From contig JAQGDQ010000412.1 of NCBI GenBank assembly GCA_030141605.1, positions 142,493-206,492 of the forward strand: 64,000 nucleotides of DNA, in the 5' to 3' direction. The translations under genes and the position numbers were made by a program. This stretch comes from Tubiluchus corallicola. Lineage: Eukaryota > Animalia > Priapulida. The notes under the pieces are model-generated. The model was not told the DNA's origin and searched no databases. It saw only the letters and a program-made list of their open reading frames with translations. This document shows positions 13,642-24,477 of the stretch, in pieces (the first letter of the stretch is position 1; each line of letters opens with the position of its first letter).

Positions 13642-14227
13642 ACATGATACTAAGAGTGTTATCCAACCACGGACTGGCTTTACCAATAGGCATTATAGGC
13701 AGACTAGGCAGTTAACTTACTTTACGAGCTTAATAGCACAACACTTCAACCAAATAAACAGAACTATATTTGGATGCAAATTGCAGACTTTTTTACAATT
13801 CAGGGGTAAATGACAAATTGTGATTGTATTTCAAGCTAAACACTTGTTAGTGTACTGCATGTTTGTAGTTTATAATGTCAAGTATGTAACTCAGAGAACA
13901 AAACCTATTAAACTGACAGGTTAAATTATATTTTAATTAACATAACATCAGATTACGATGAGATGTTCCACTGGTGTACATGACAGACGACTGCTGACGG
14001 TGAAGCGGTCACGTGACTATTGTTTTCAGAATATGGCATCCAAGTGCCATCTCTATTTAACATTGTTAACAAATAGAACAGTTAAAATTTGCATAAACAT
14101 GCAAATGCATATCTATCTTAAGAGTGTACTTTTTATCATCTTACGCCACTGTATAAAAAATTAACACAATAAACGAGACAGCTTCATTATCATAAACATT
14201 ACAGACGCTTCGACTGAAATATCCAGC

Positions 14228-15060
14228 AAGTTGTCGTAGTCCAATGCCGTAATTAAATTGTCATAGTCCAATGCCGTAATCAACTTGCCGTAGTCCAATG
14301 CCGTAATCAAGCTGAGTAGTCCAATGCTGTAATTAAGTTGCCGTAGTCCAATGCCGTAATCAAGTTGTCATAGTCCAACGCTGTAATTAAGTTGCCATAG
14401 TCAAATGCCGTAATTAAGTTGTCATAGTCCAACGCTGTAATAAAGTTGCCATAGCCAAATGCAGTAGTTCAGTTGTCATAGTCCAATGCTGTAATTAAGT
14501 TGCCATAGTCAAATGCCGTAATTAAGTTGCCATAGTCAAATGCCGTAATTAAGTTGTCACAGTCCAATGCTGTAATTAAGTTGCCATAGTCAAATGTCGT
14601 AATTAAGTTGTCACAGTCCAATGCTGTAATTAAGTTGCCATAGTCAAATGCCGTAATTAAGTTGTCACAGTCCAATGCTGTAATTAAGTTGCCATAGTCA
14701 AATGCCGTAATTAAGTTGTCACAGTCCAATGCTGTAATTAAGTTGCCATAGTCAAATGCCGTAATTAAGTTGTCACAGTCCAATGCTGTAATTAAGTTGC
14801 CATAGTCAAATGCCGTAATTAAGTTGTCACAGTCCAATGCTGTAATTAAGTTGCCATAGTCAAATGCCGTAATTAAGTTGTCACAGTCCAATGCCACAAT
14901 CAAGTTGCCGTAATCCAATTACGTAATCAAGTTGTCTTATGCCGTAGTTGAGTTGCCGTAGTTCAATGCCATTGTCCAGTGCTGTAGTCAATGCCATAGT
15001 TCGGTTGCCGTAGTTCAATGCCGTTGTCCAGTGCTGTAGTCTAATGCCGTAATCCAATGT
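14228..15060. repeat. 27-bp minisatellite with a 54-bp higher-order dimer
   Basis: Alternating AAGTTGCCATAGTCAAATGCCGTAATT and AAGTTGTCACAGTCCAATGCTGTAATT; explains ORF 14469-14918. Confidence 0.95.
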
Positions 15061-15389
15061 CAAGTCGCAAGTGTCCAATGTCCAAGTAAATGAAATGCAA
15101 AATGAGAACTTGTTGATAATACAATGGAAAATTTCAATCTGAAAAATAGATCTATATAATATCATAGCACTTGTTTTGTGTAGAATGCCTTGTGGTAGTG
15201 CTGGTGGTGGTGCTGGTAGTGGTGCTGGTGTTGATGCTGGTGGTTGTGGTTGTGGTAGCAGTGGCAGTGGCATGGCTGTGTGTCACAGTGGCGGTGAGGG
15301 TGGTTGTGGTGCTGGTGTTAATTGGGGTGGTGATGATGGTCGTATTAGTGGTAATAAATTCTATATTTGCTTTAAAACATGAACTGTTG

Positions 15390-15772
15390 GTGTGTCTGCG
15401 AGGCATTTATGACAAATCTTCAATGTTTCAGCCGAATATCACGTAAACTACTGATCTTTATTTCTGCAGTATTAAAAACTAAAATAGAAAAGTAAAATCA
15501 ACTGATATTGGCTAATTTCATGAAAAGTTACATAGTTTAGTTAGACTAATTAACAGTTAATTAATCGATCAAAAATATCAATGAATAAATCAAAGTAAAT
15601 AAAAATAAACTTACATCGTTGTGGCATATATCTAATGATAAATTTCCCTGGCTTGCACAAGACAGAACAGCATAATGACAACATAACTGGGTCAAAGCCC
15701 ACACTTTAAAATTTCCAGCTAGATGGAGCCACCTTGGCTACAAAATTAAATTGTCAGGTTCACACTGGCCTT
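15390..15772. mobile_element. Dispersed repeat (probable DNA transposon fragment) also inserted in the HS3ST pseudogene
   Basis: Homologous to 30229-30617; both end GTCAGGTTCAC(A/C)CTGGCCTTA. Confidence 0.65.
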
Positions 15773-16382
15773 AGTTGCTTTTTTAAATAATGCCTTTGAA
15801 AACAATGATTAAATTAACGTGTGAGTTAACTTTTACTTCTGTGAGTATATATATACAGAGGCTTCCTCCAGTGACGTAATTTTTCTTGAAAAAAACTAGC
15901 GCACTGTCAATCTTCACCGAAAGTATAATTTTTTACTTTAAAGTATATGTATATATTGATTATATTGTTAAACATTATAACCTGGGATTACCATTTATTT
16001 TAGTAACTGCATAAGCCTGTAAATTTCGATATACATACAGCTGATCTGGAAAGAGACAGTAATGTATTTGGGGTTGTGATATTTTGACAAGTGATAGTTT
16101 TCTACAGATGTTTCAAGGGTAAAAATGAAATTTAATGGTTCCGTGAATAATGTTCCCTCATGTATGGTCTATAATCGTAATGTCATAGTAGCTAAGACTC
16201 TGATCAATACATATTGTCTACCAATTTTGTTATACGGCTGCGAAATTGTGGGTATGGCGCCTGATATTATTGCTTACAAATATTTTTTACGATTTATTTA
16301 ATTAACGGCAGAACATGTCAATTGAATTTTGAATTTTTATGTTCATGATAGAAAATTATTTATACAGCTAGTTCGTCCAAGA

Positions 16383-16626
16383 ATTATTATTATTTTTATT
16401 ATTTTTATTATTATTATTATTATCATCATCGTCGTCGTCGTCGTCGTCGTCGTAGTCGTCATCATCATCATCATCATCATCGTTGTCGTAATCGTCTTCA
16501 TCATTATCATCATCATCATCATCATCACCATCATCATCAGCATCATCATCATCGCCATCAATCATCATCATCAATTATTGTCATCGATCATCGATCATCA
16601 ATCATCATCATCAATCATCATCATCG

Positions 16627-16681
<55 letters not shown>

Positions 16682-16745
16682 GATCACCATCACCATCACC
16701 ATCACCATCATGATCATGATCATGATCATCGTCATCATCAATCAC
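16383..16745. repeat. (ATT)/(GTC)/(ATC)n microsatellite
   Basis: Direct reading; preceded by 16255-16385, which matches 11627-11760. Confidence 0.95.
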
Positions 16746-17647
16746 GATTATCAATTAAAAAAGGAATATTAGAATAGAACTGCAATATAGAACTCCAAAC
16801 ATCGAGCGGCAATAAATGCTATAAATCATGCGATGTAAAATATTGCACAGCAACAGCACAATTGTCAGAGCATGATCTTTAATCATACGCTGTTAACACA
16901 GCAAAACACGACAGTTCCTTTCATAAGGTGTTTACTGCAGTCTTTATTTTCTAAAGAAGAAAAAACAAAAGAATACATAAAATTTTCAGTAATTCAGTAA
17001 TGCTATTTGAACAAAACTACAGAAATTTGAACAAAAAATTACACAGAAAATTGCTTTCTAATTAATAAACTTAGATTTACAAAAATCAATTACTTCGTTC
17101 AGCTAGAGAGCACACATTGCTTATGGTTGAAACATGACATTAAATTTCTCACATAAAATTGCATTATCCACATTACAAGTTAGTCACTACAATAACCCGT
17201 CAAGCCTGCCAGCAATTGCCCACTTGTCCCCTTTAGTTTTTGGCTCCCTCATGCGGGAAAAATAAAAAACAAATTATATGGGTAATTTGCCCAAGACATA
17301 CATAATGCAATTATCGTTACTTTTTGTTACATTTCTGCGTAGCTATCACAGCTACAGTTACTAAGGAAAGATTCTCCCAGGAAGGATAACTCAGCGACAT
17401 TGCCAGAGACCTTTTATTCCGTGTCGATGTATCTAAACTCACGTGTTGGTAACGCATAATTATTAACACTGTTACTAAGGAAAGATTCTAGGAAAGATTC
17501 TAGGAGAGCTTCAGTGAGAAAGCCATAGAATTTTCATTTCATGGTGACACATCAAAACTGGTCAAACATATAAATGAGTGCAAGCTGGAAACAATCAAGT
17601 GTTTGCTGTGACGTTTACTAAATGACGTAAAGGTACTGAAGACTGAA

Positions 17648-18428
17648 ATGCGACTGCGAGAGCAGATCGGACATTATGCGGAAAATGCATCACTTCATGG
17701 CGTGGGAAGCATTGCCAGATCGCAACACTTGGCGAAAAAGATCTTTTGGGTTATCCTTTTTCTTGCCGTTTTAACTGGAGCTGTTATACAAATAATTGAC
17801 AGGACGATAATGTACTTTTCCCGGCCTAATGTTCACGCAAAATTGCTCAACAAGAAACCAAATTATTATACAAAAAAGTCCAAAATATATAATTACTGCA
17901 GGTGTGACAGAAAAAATAAAAAAGGATCATCCGCGGGTCAAAATTCTCGTCTTAGTTCGGGAGCCCTTTCAAAGGACGGTGTCACTTTTCTTAGAACGTG
18001 GAAGATTGAAAAACCAAACATTTGTAGAATTTATAACTTCTGAAGCCGAACCTCATCCCGTAGATGAAGGAAAGTACGTGACTTATATAGGAAAGTGGTT
18101 GAAGGTTTTTCCTGGAGAGCAACTTCACATTGTATTAGGAGACGAGTTAATCAAAAACCCATTAAGTGAACTGAAAAGAATTGAAACTTTTCTGAACTTA
18201 GACCATTTGATATCTGAAGATGCATTTGTCTACAGAGAAGATAAAGGATTTTATTGTTTCCATGAAAGGACCGAAAAAACGTTTAGTAAAGAAGTCACTT
18301 GTTTGGGGAAGAGTAAAGGAAGAAAGCGTCCGGAAGTGCCGGAAGAACTAGAGAAACGACAAAAACAAATTTTTCAACCGTATAATGTACAGTTGTACAA
18401 AATTGTAAACCGAACATTTAGCTGGTAA
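17648..18428 (+). pseudogene. Chimeric DEG/ENaC (N-terminus plus TM1) / HS3ST (C-terminal two-thirds) pseudogene, fused out of frame
   Basis: 17648-17828 matches 20426-20606 and 17844-18428 matches about 30867-31452; the HS3ST frame (ATG 17829) is +1 relative to the ENaC frame and lacks the 5'-PSB loop. Confidence 0.88.
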
Positions 18429-18634
18429 TCTACGCAGCTTCGAGGAAAGTTGGTTGGCAAGTAATCCTATTTTCTAGACCCGTAGTTCTTGACATTGTGT
18501 CAACTACAGAGTTAGAGAGAATTTTAAAACTCAATCGTTTTAAAACGTTAACCATCACTCTGCTTGCTGCAACATCGTGCTTTTTGTGCTCCAAAATTAA
18601 AACTAAAATTCTAAAAATAGAATCAAAACAGGCA

Positions 18635-18665
<31 letters not shown>

Positions 18666-18984
18666 GCACACACACACACACACACACATCTAAAGTTTTG
18701 TCAAAAAGGATGTTCGCACAATGTGATTATTTTTTTAATTTACTTTAATTATTGGCAGTTGTATGTGAGCATAAAAACTTTGTTGAGAACAGAAACGAAC
18801 GATATGACTAAATCACAATAGTGACATAGTCACATAGTGACATTAAATCACAGAAAAAGACTAGAATCATTAACTCACACTCTAGACGTGTGTCACTAAC
18901 GAAGCACGTTCAGACTAGGGAGTTTCCTATGGCGAGTTTTCTCTCTAATAGCAAATTCGCATTGTTTAAGGAATGGCTCATTAA

Positions 18985-19400
18985 AGGACAAGAAAAGGCC
19001 TAGTTAAACTCAGAAAATTTTCCCCAAAGAATTATAACGGTTAGAGGCAATCTTAAGCGTTTATCATACTCACGTTAAAAGAATTTCCTGTTTGTTTTCA
19101 TTTTAAAACTCCCGCGAGACTGTCACGGCGGCGCCATATTAGATGGCGTCACAGAACCACAACACAAATCTTTATAGTACACGTGCTCAGAACTCACTGC
19201 GACTCTGTTCGAGTGATGTCATGCCACGTGACCCGTCACATGCTGGCTTTTCAATTTGCGGACTAAATGAAACGTGCGGTTGAAATATGAGAGATTACAA
19301 AAATGGGAGTTAATGCGAAAACGTGAGTACTTCACTCGCTTAAGATTATACTTAGGTGATAGAATTTTTTATTGCGAATTTTCTGAGGCTTACTTTGGTT
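18985..19400. mobile_element. Kolobok-like MITE, left end present and right end deleted
   Basis: TTAA|AGGACAAGAAAAGG at 18981; the paralogous copy at 31678-32058 keeps the right end TTTTCTTGTCCT|TTAA. Confidence 0.6.
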
Positions 19401-20425
19401 AGGTATTTTTTTTAACCACAGAACAACTGCTAAAATGGAATATTATATAAAAAGTATTTCTTGATCTATTGTGATGATGGCTTTTGCAAAAGGGCAATGT
19501 TACATTTTACACAACTGCAATCTTAAGATGATTCATCTGTACAATATTTAATATAATTTATATTGATTAGTAATTAGCATTTATAAGTAATGTCTGTGTA
19601 CAACAGGTCAAATAATATAACTTTAATTGATTAGGAGATCTAGCAACCGTGCATCATTATGATATCCTTTACTTCATTATCACAAAAGGCCTGTATTGTC
19701 CATTCACCAAGTGTCCAAAAGTTATGCTTGTATTATCATTTAAAATAGACAATAAAATAGACAACAGCTGCCCGTGCTAGGCCTTCTCTTATGCGGAAAC
19801 CTTCCCTGCTTTTGTGATGTTCACATTTTTAAGTCCTAATTTTTATTTCATTTGCAGTTGCAGTTTCCTGTTTTACTTGATTAGTTGCAAATGGCTTCTT
19901 TGCTTATATGACAGACTTTTATAACTAATTTAAATATCTATGGGCCACTATGGCCTTGATTTCTTTCATTTAAATCTGTGTCTACTTTTCTAACTTGTCT
20001 CACACTGATTGCACATTGTCTTATTTACGTTGCAAATTCTTTAGCAACGATTTTTTTCATCTGATTTAATTGTTGCATTGCCACGTTTGACTTGTGTTAT
20101 TTGCGTAGCCATTTTTCTTGATTGTTGATAACAGCATTGTTTGCATTTAGAACTTACAAGGTTCTGCTGAAAATCGTATGAACAATGAACAAACTTATCA
20201 TTGTTCAAATGTGTAAGAGTACAACAAAAATTATGATCCTTTCCGTGGCCTTTGTGGTAATAAGGTTCTTTCTGTTAAACTAAAATTCCATAATTATGAG
20301 CCATAGAATTTTCATTTCATGGTGACACATCAAAACTGGTCAAACATATAAATGAGTGCAAGCTGGAAACAATCAAGTGTTTGCTGTGACGTTTACTAAA
20401 TGATGTAAAGGTACTGAAGACTGAA

Positions 20426-21961
20426 ATGCGACTGCGAGAGCAGATTGGTAATTGGGCGGAAAATGCATCACTGCATGGCGTGGGAAACATTTCCAGATCG
20501 CAACATTTGGCCAAAAAGATCTTTTGGGTTATCCTTTTTCTTGCCGTTTTAACTGGAGCTGTTATACAAGTAACTGACAGGACGATTTTATACTTTTCCC
20601 GGCCTATAAAGTCTGTGACCAAAGTGCAATACAAGGGAGATTTCGAGTTTCCGACACTGACCATCTGCATGGGATATCCATTGCAACTACGAGGCGTTTT
20701 ATCACTGCTGACAAGTAAGTCTGACGATGCCAAGCAATTTGAATCTATGCTGAGCAAAGGAGGAGGAGTGCATGAAGCTTTAGTATCGGCATCTGATCAC
20801 AACTTTCCTGTGTTTTATAACACTTCGAACTTTTTTTGCAATATGCACCTTGTAGAGTACAATAATAAACCTTGTGCCTTTTACGTGTCAAGCGTAAGTC
20901 CATCTAGTAACACGCGAGCAGGACTTTGCATTGATGTAGAGCTTGAGTTGCCAGGAAAAGCAAACGAGAGAGAATGGTACGTGTATTCATTGAACAAGGA
21001 GACAACAGTTGGATTACGCATAAAAATGAAAACAAGTATTCTTGATAGTTTGTCGTTAAACTGGAATGGCAATGTACACGCATCAATACATCAAAAAAAC
21101 TGCAAAGCCCAACAGTTTTGGCCAATAAAAGCAAATTCGTTAACCCGATTTGAAGCTCAGAACTACTCGTTAAGTCGCATTTCACGGGACGAGAGTTACT
21201 GTGACGACGGAACTGCATATAACCGTTTATTGTGCATGGAGGACTGTTATTGCGAAGTAGTCATTGACATATGCAACTGCATTGACTCGTCAAGATGCAT
21301 TAGATCGCGAAAGTCAATTGATCACGAAAACTGTAGAATGGATTACAACTGCTTTGCAGAAAACAGACTTGACATATTAGAAAAATGTGACCGGGGCTGC
21401 CCACCAAGTTGCCACCAGATCATTTTCAGCATAACAAGCACCTCTGTAGAAGATGGTTTGACGTTTGCCCCACAAAAACTGTGGAAAGCAACACTGGCAG
21501 GATACATCGCAGAGGAGGTCGTTTCCAAACGCAGATCAGGATCAGAAGTAATTTCGGCACTTGAACAGCTGATAGATTGCAACTGGTGGGCAACCATATA
21601 TGACGTGTGGAACGAGCGTTCAGACGGAAATGGAACACCGACAATTGACGATCTGGTGGGTGGATTGCCACTGGATGATTCCATATTAAATCACACAGCA
21701 TACAAAGATTTTCTGCACCTTTTAGATTTATCAGCCTGGACAGATATAGAAGTTTTCCTAAAGGACATTTCTTATAATGAAGTCACAGAAGTTTATGCTT
21801 ATGAGTTTATAGACCTCGCTGCTGACGTTGGAGGACTTTTGGGTCTCTACCTTGGTTTGTCTGTATTATCAATTGCTGAAGTGCTGGAATTGCTGGGAGG
21901 TTTATGTGCAACTGTTTGCAGTAAATTTTCAAAGAAAAATGAAGTTGTTCCAATGAAGTAA
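20426..21961 (+). CDS. Intronless DEG/ENaC (ASIC/ENaC superfamily) sodium channel subunit, 511 aa
   Basis: N-terminal SLHG motif, TM1 (FWVILFLAVLTGAVIQV), FPTLTIC, Cys-rich thumb (CMEDC...CNC...CPPSC), and TM2 DLAADVGGLLGLYLGLSVLSIAE with a GxS filter; in-frame stop 39 nt upstream of the ATG. Confidence 0.95.
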   Translation: MRLREQIGNWAENASLHGVGNISRSQHLAKKIFWVILFLAVLTGAVIQVTDRTILYFSRPIKSVTKVQYKGDFEFPTLTICMGYPLQLRGVLSLLTSKSDDAKQFESMLSKGGGVHEALVSASDHNFPVFYNTSNFFCNMHLVEYNNKPCAFYVSSVSPSSNTRAGLCIDVELELPGKANEREWYVYSLNKETTVGLRIKMKTSILDSLSLNWNGNVHASIHQKNCKAQQFWPIKANSLTRFEAQNYSLSRISRDESYCDDGTAYNRLLCMEDCYCEVVIDICNCIDSSRCIRSRKSIDHENCRMDYNCFAENRLDILEKCDRGCPPSCHQIIFSITSTSVEDGLTFAPQKLWKATLAGYIAEEVVSKRRSGSEVISALEQLIDCNWWATIYDVWNERSDGNGTPTIDDLVGGLPLDDSILNHTAYKDFLHLLDLSAWTDIEVFLKDISYNEVTEVYAYEFIDLAADVGGLLGLYLGLSVLSIAEVLELLGGLCATVCSKFSKKNEVVPMK

Positions 21962-23324
21962 TATTTAATAACCAAAAAGAGTGTTCTGCTACTGCACCAC
22001 ATCAAGTGCAGCTTTTTTCTTTTTTTCAATAGAGATATAGATTGTAAGAGTAACAGCATGTAACAGCAGTGCTGTAGTCTAATGCCGTAGTCCAATGCCG
22101 TAAATTTCAATCTGAAAAATAGATCTATATAATATCATAGCACTGTGTGTTGTGTAGAAGGCCTTGTGGTAGTGCTGGTGGTGGTGCTGGTATTAATTGT
22201 GGAGGTGATGGTGGTCAAATTAGTGGTAATAAATTCTATAGATGGAGCCACCTTGGCTACAAAATTAATTTTTTTAAAGCCAGGTTCACACTGGCTTTAA
22301 TTGTTTTTTTAAAAAATGCCTTTGAAAACAATGATTAAATTAACGTGTGAGTTAACATATAGGCATGTAGGCACACACAAAAGACAAATAATTGAGTCAC
22401 CACGCAACTGTGCTACCGTCCATTTACTGTAAGACTATATGCTGCTTAACTGCGGTCTACAACTTAGGGCCTTACAATCTGCACGGGGCCTCAAGAAAAT
22501 TTCAGAATTAGTTTTGTATCTGTTATAATAATTAGATAATTATTAAGTAATATTTTAATCATGAAATAATTTGTATTGTTCACATTGCTATTAAACAATT
22601 AAACACAAGTATATTTCTAAGTTTTCTGGGAAAAACTGGTGCAATTTAAAAAGAATTTTCGTGACTTTTCGTAAGTACATCGTATTTCGTATGAACTAAT
22701 TCAAACTTCTGCAGCTTACCTAATGTTCACGCAAAATTATTACAAAATTAGCCATCTAATTTTTTTTGTAAAAACTTATAGTTTTGGTGAAGATTGACTG
22801 TAAGATAGTTTTTTCAAGATGAATGACGTCATTGGTGGAAGAATGGGCATGGAAAAGGGGAGCACGCAGGCATGAAGTGATCGGGACTTTAAAGTGATTT
22901 TACTAATAGACGTTTGTTGCAGTTTTATTACTATGTCCTCCTAAAATTTTTGCAAACATAGAAATAAGCCCAACTTTCCGTAAGTAGCCTTTCCTTTAAC
23001 TCACAATCATTCAATTTTGGTTCTGCAAATATTTTGACGGAAAAAGAGTTTGGGGAATTTTCCCGCTCAACTTTCCGCATAATGCAAGTAGCCTATAAAT
23101 ATAGAGGCTTCCACCAATGACGTCATTTTTGTTGAAACAAAAACTAGCGCACTCTCAATCTTCACCAGAAGTATAATTTTTTATCTTGAAGTATTTTTTT
23201 GAAGTATATATATATATATACTGATTATATTATTAAACATTATAACCTGGCCTTACTATTTATTTTAGTAACTACATAAGCCTGTAAATTTCGATATACA
23301 TACAGCTGATCTGGAAAGAGACGG

Positions 23325-23515
23325 TAAAGTATTTGGGTTGTGATATTTTGACAAGTGATAGTTTTCTACGGATGTTTCAAGGGTAAAAAGGAAATTTAAT
23401 GGTTCCATGAATAATGTTCTCTCAAGTATGGGCTATAATCGTAATGTCATAGTAGCCAAGACTCTGATCAATACATATTGTCTACCAATTTTGTTATACG
23501 GCTGCAAAATTGGGG
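23325..23515 (+). mobile_element. LINE reverse-transcriptase C-terminal remnant, duplicated at about 16060-16250
   Basis: Translates as KYLGCDIL...KFNGSMNN...VAKTLINTYCLPILLYGCKIG. Confidence 0.6.
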
Positions 23516-23869
23516 GTATCAAACAACGAAGTTAATGCCATTAGGTGAAAGTGGAAAACTTATAGAAAATATTCGGTTTTAGACAAAGTGAAAGCGTGAA
23601 ATTGTTAATGTATTTTTGTGGCACAATGCCTGCGAATTATTTAATAGATAGTCGAAAGTGAGAAAAATTGCAAAGTCTTGCACATTGAGAATTCCAAAGC
23701 TATGCTACTATGTAAATAACAGCCAAGTAAATTTAATATTTAAATATGGTTGTACTGTAGATCTAAACGAAAATGTAAAATTAAAGGTTAAGAACTCATT
23801 TAAAGATTGTTTTAAGATACCAATTATAGCTTCTTATAACACTGTATATTGAAATATAATTATAACTCA

Positions 23870-23889
23870 TAACAATAATAATAATAATG

Positions 23890-23979
<90 letters not shown>

Positions 23980-23980
23980 T
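23870..23980. repeat. (AAT)n microsatellite
   Basis: Direct reading. Confidence 0.95.
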
Positions 23981-24477
23981 AAATACTATATATTATTCTA
24001 ATATATATATATATTAGATATGCAATATGTATAACTATATATATATATATATTATGCAATATATTATTATGATTATTATTATTATTACTATTATGAGTTA
24101 ATATATATATTACAGGCCTATATAGTGACGTAAATAAATGGTAAGCCCAGGTTATAATGTTTAATAATACAATCAATAATGTACGAAGACTCAATGAGTC
24201 AAATTCTGTTTGCAAATTTGAAAAGAAAACATTCGCTGATGCCTGAATTTTTAGCTGAAAATAGAGCAACAAAACTATGTTTCTGTGTCACGCCTTATTT
24301 CTGCGTCTAAACTCTCACTGCTTGTCATTGAAATTTACGGTTTTCCATTCCGCTTGTTGATCTGTTTTAGCTGGAGGCGACGATAGCGTAGTTATCGTGC
24401 ATCCAAGGTTGCTATGCTGCTTATTGGTTGCACGGCATTAGTAAAAGTGTTAGTAAAGTGACAGATCGATATGTAGA

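Noticed and set aside
14469-14918. DYGNLITAF repeat protein (solenoid-like)
   Set aside because: It is a 27-bp satellite with degenerate edges and is largely deleted in the paralogous flank at about 22070.
17648-18428. Functional in-frame channel-enzyme fusion
   Set aside because: The frames differ by +1, no plausible intron corrects this, and the 5'-PSB loop is absent.
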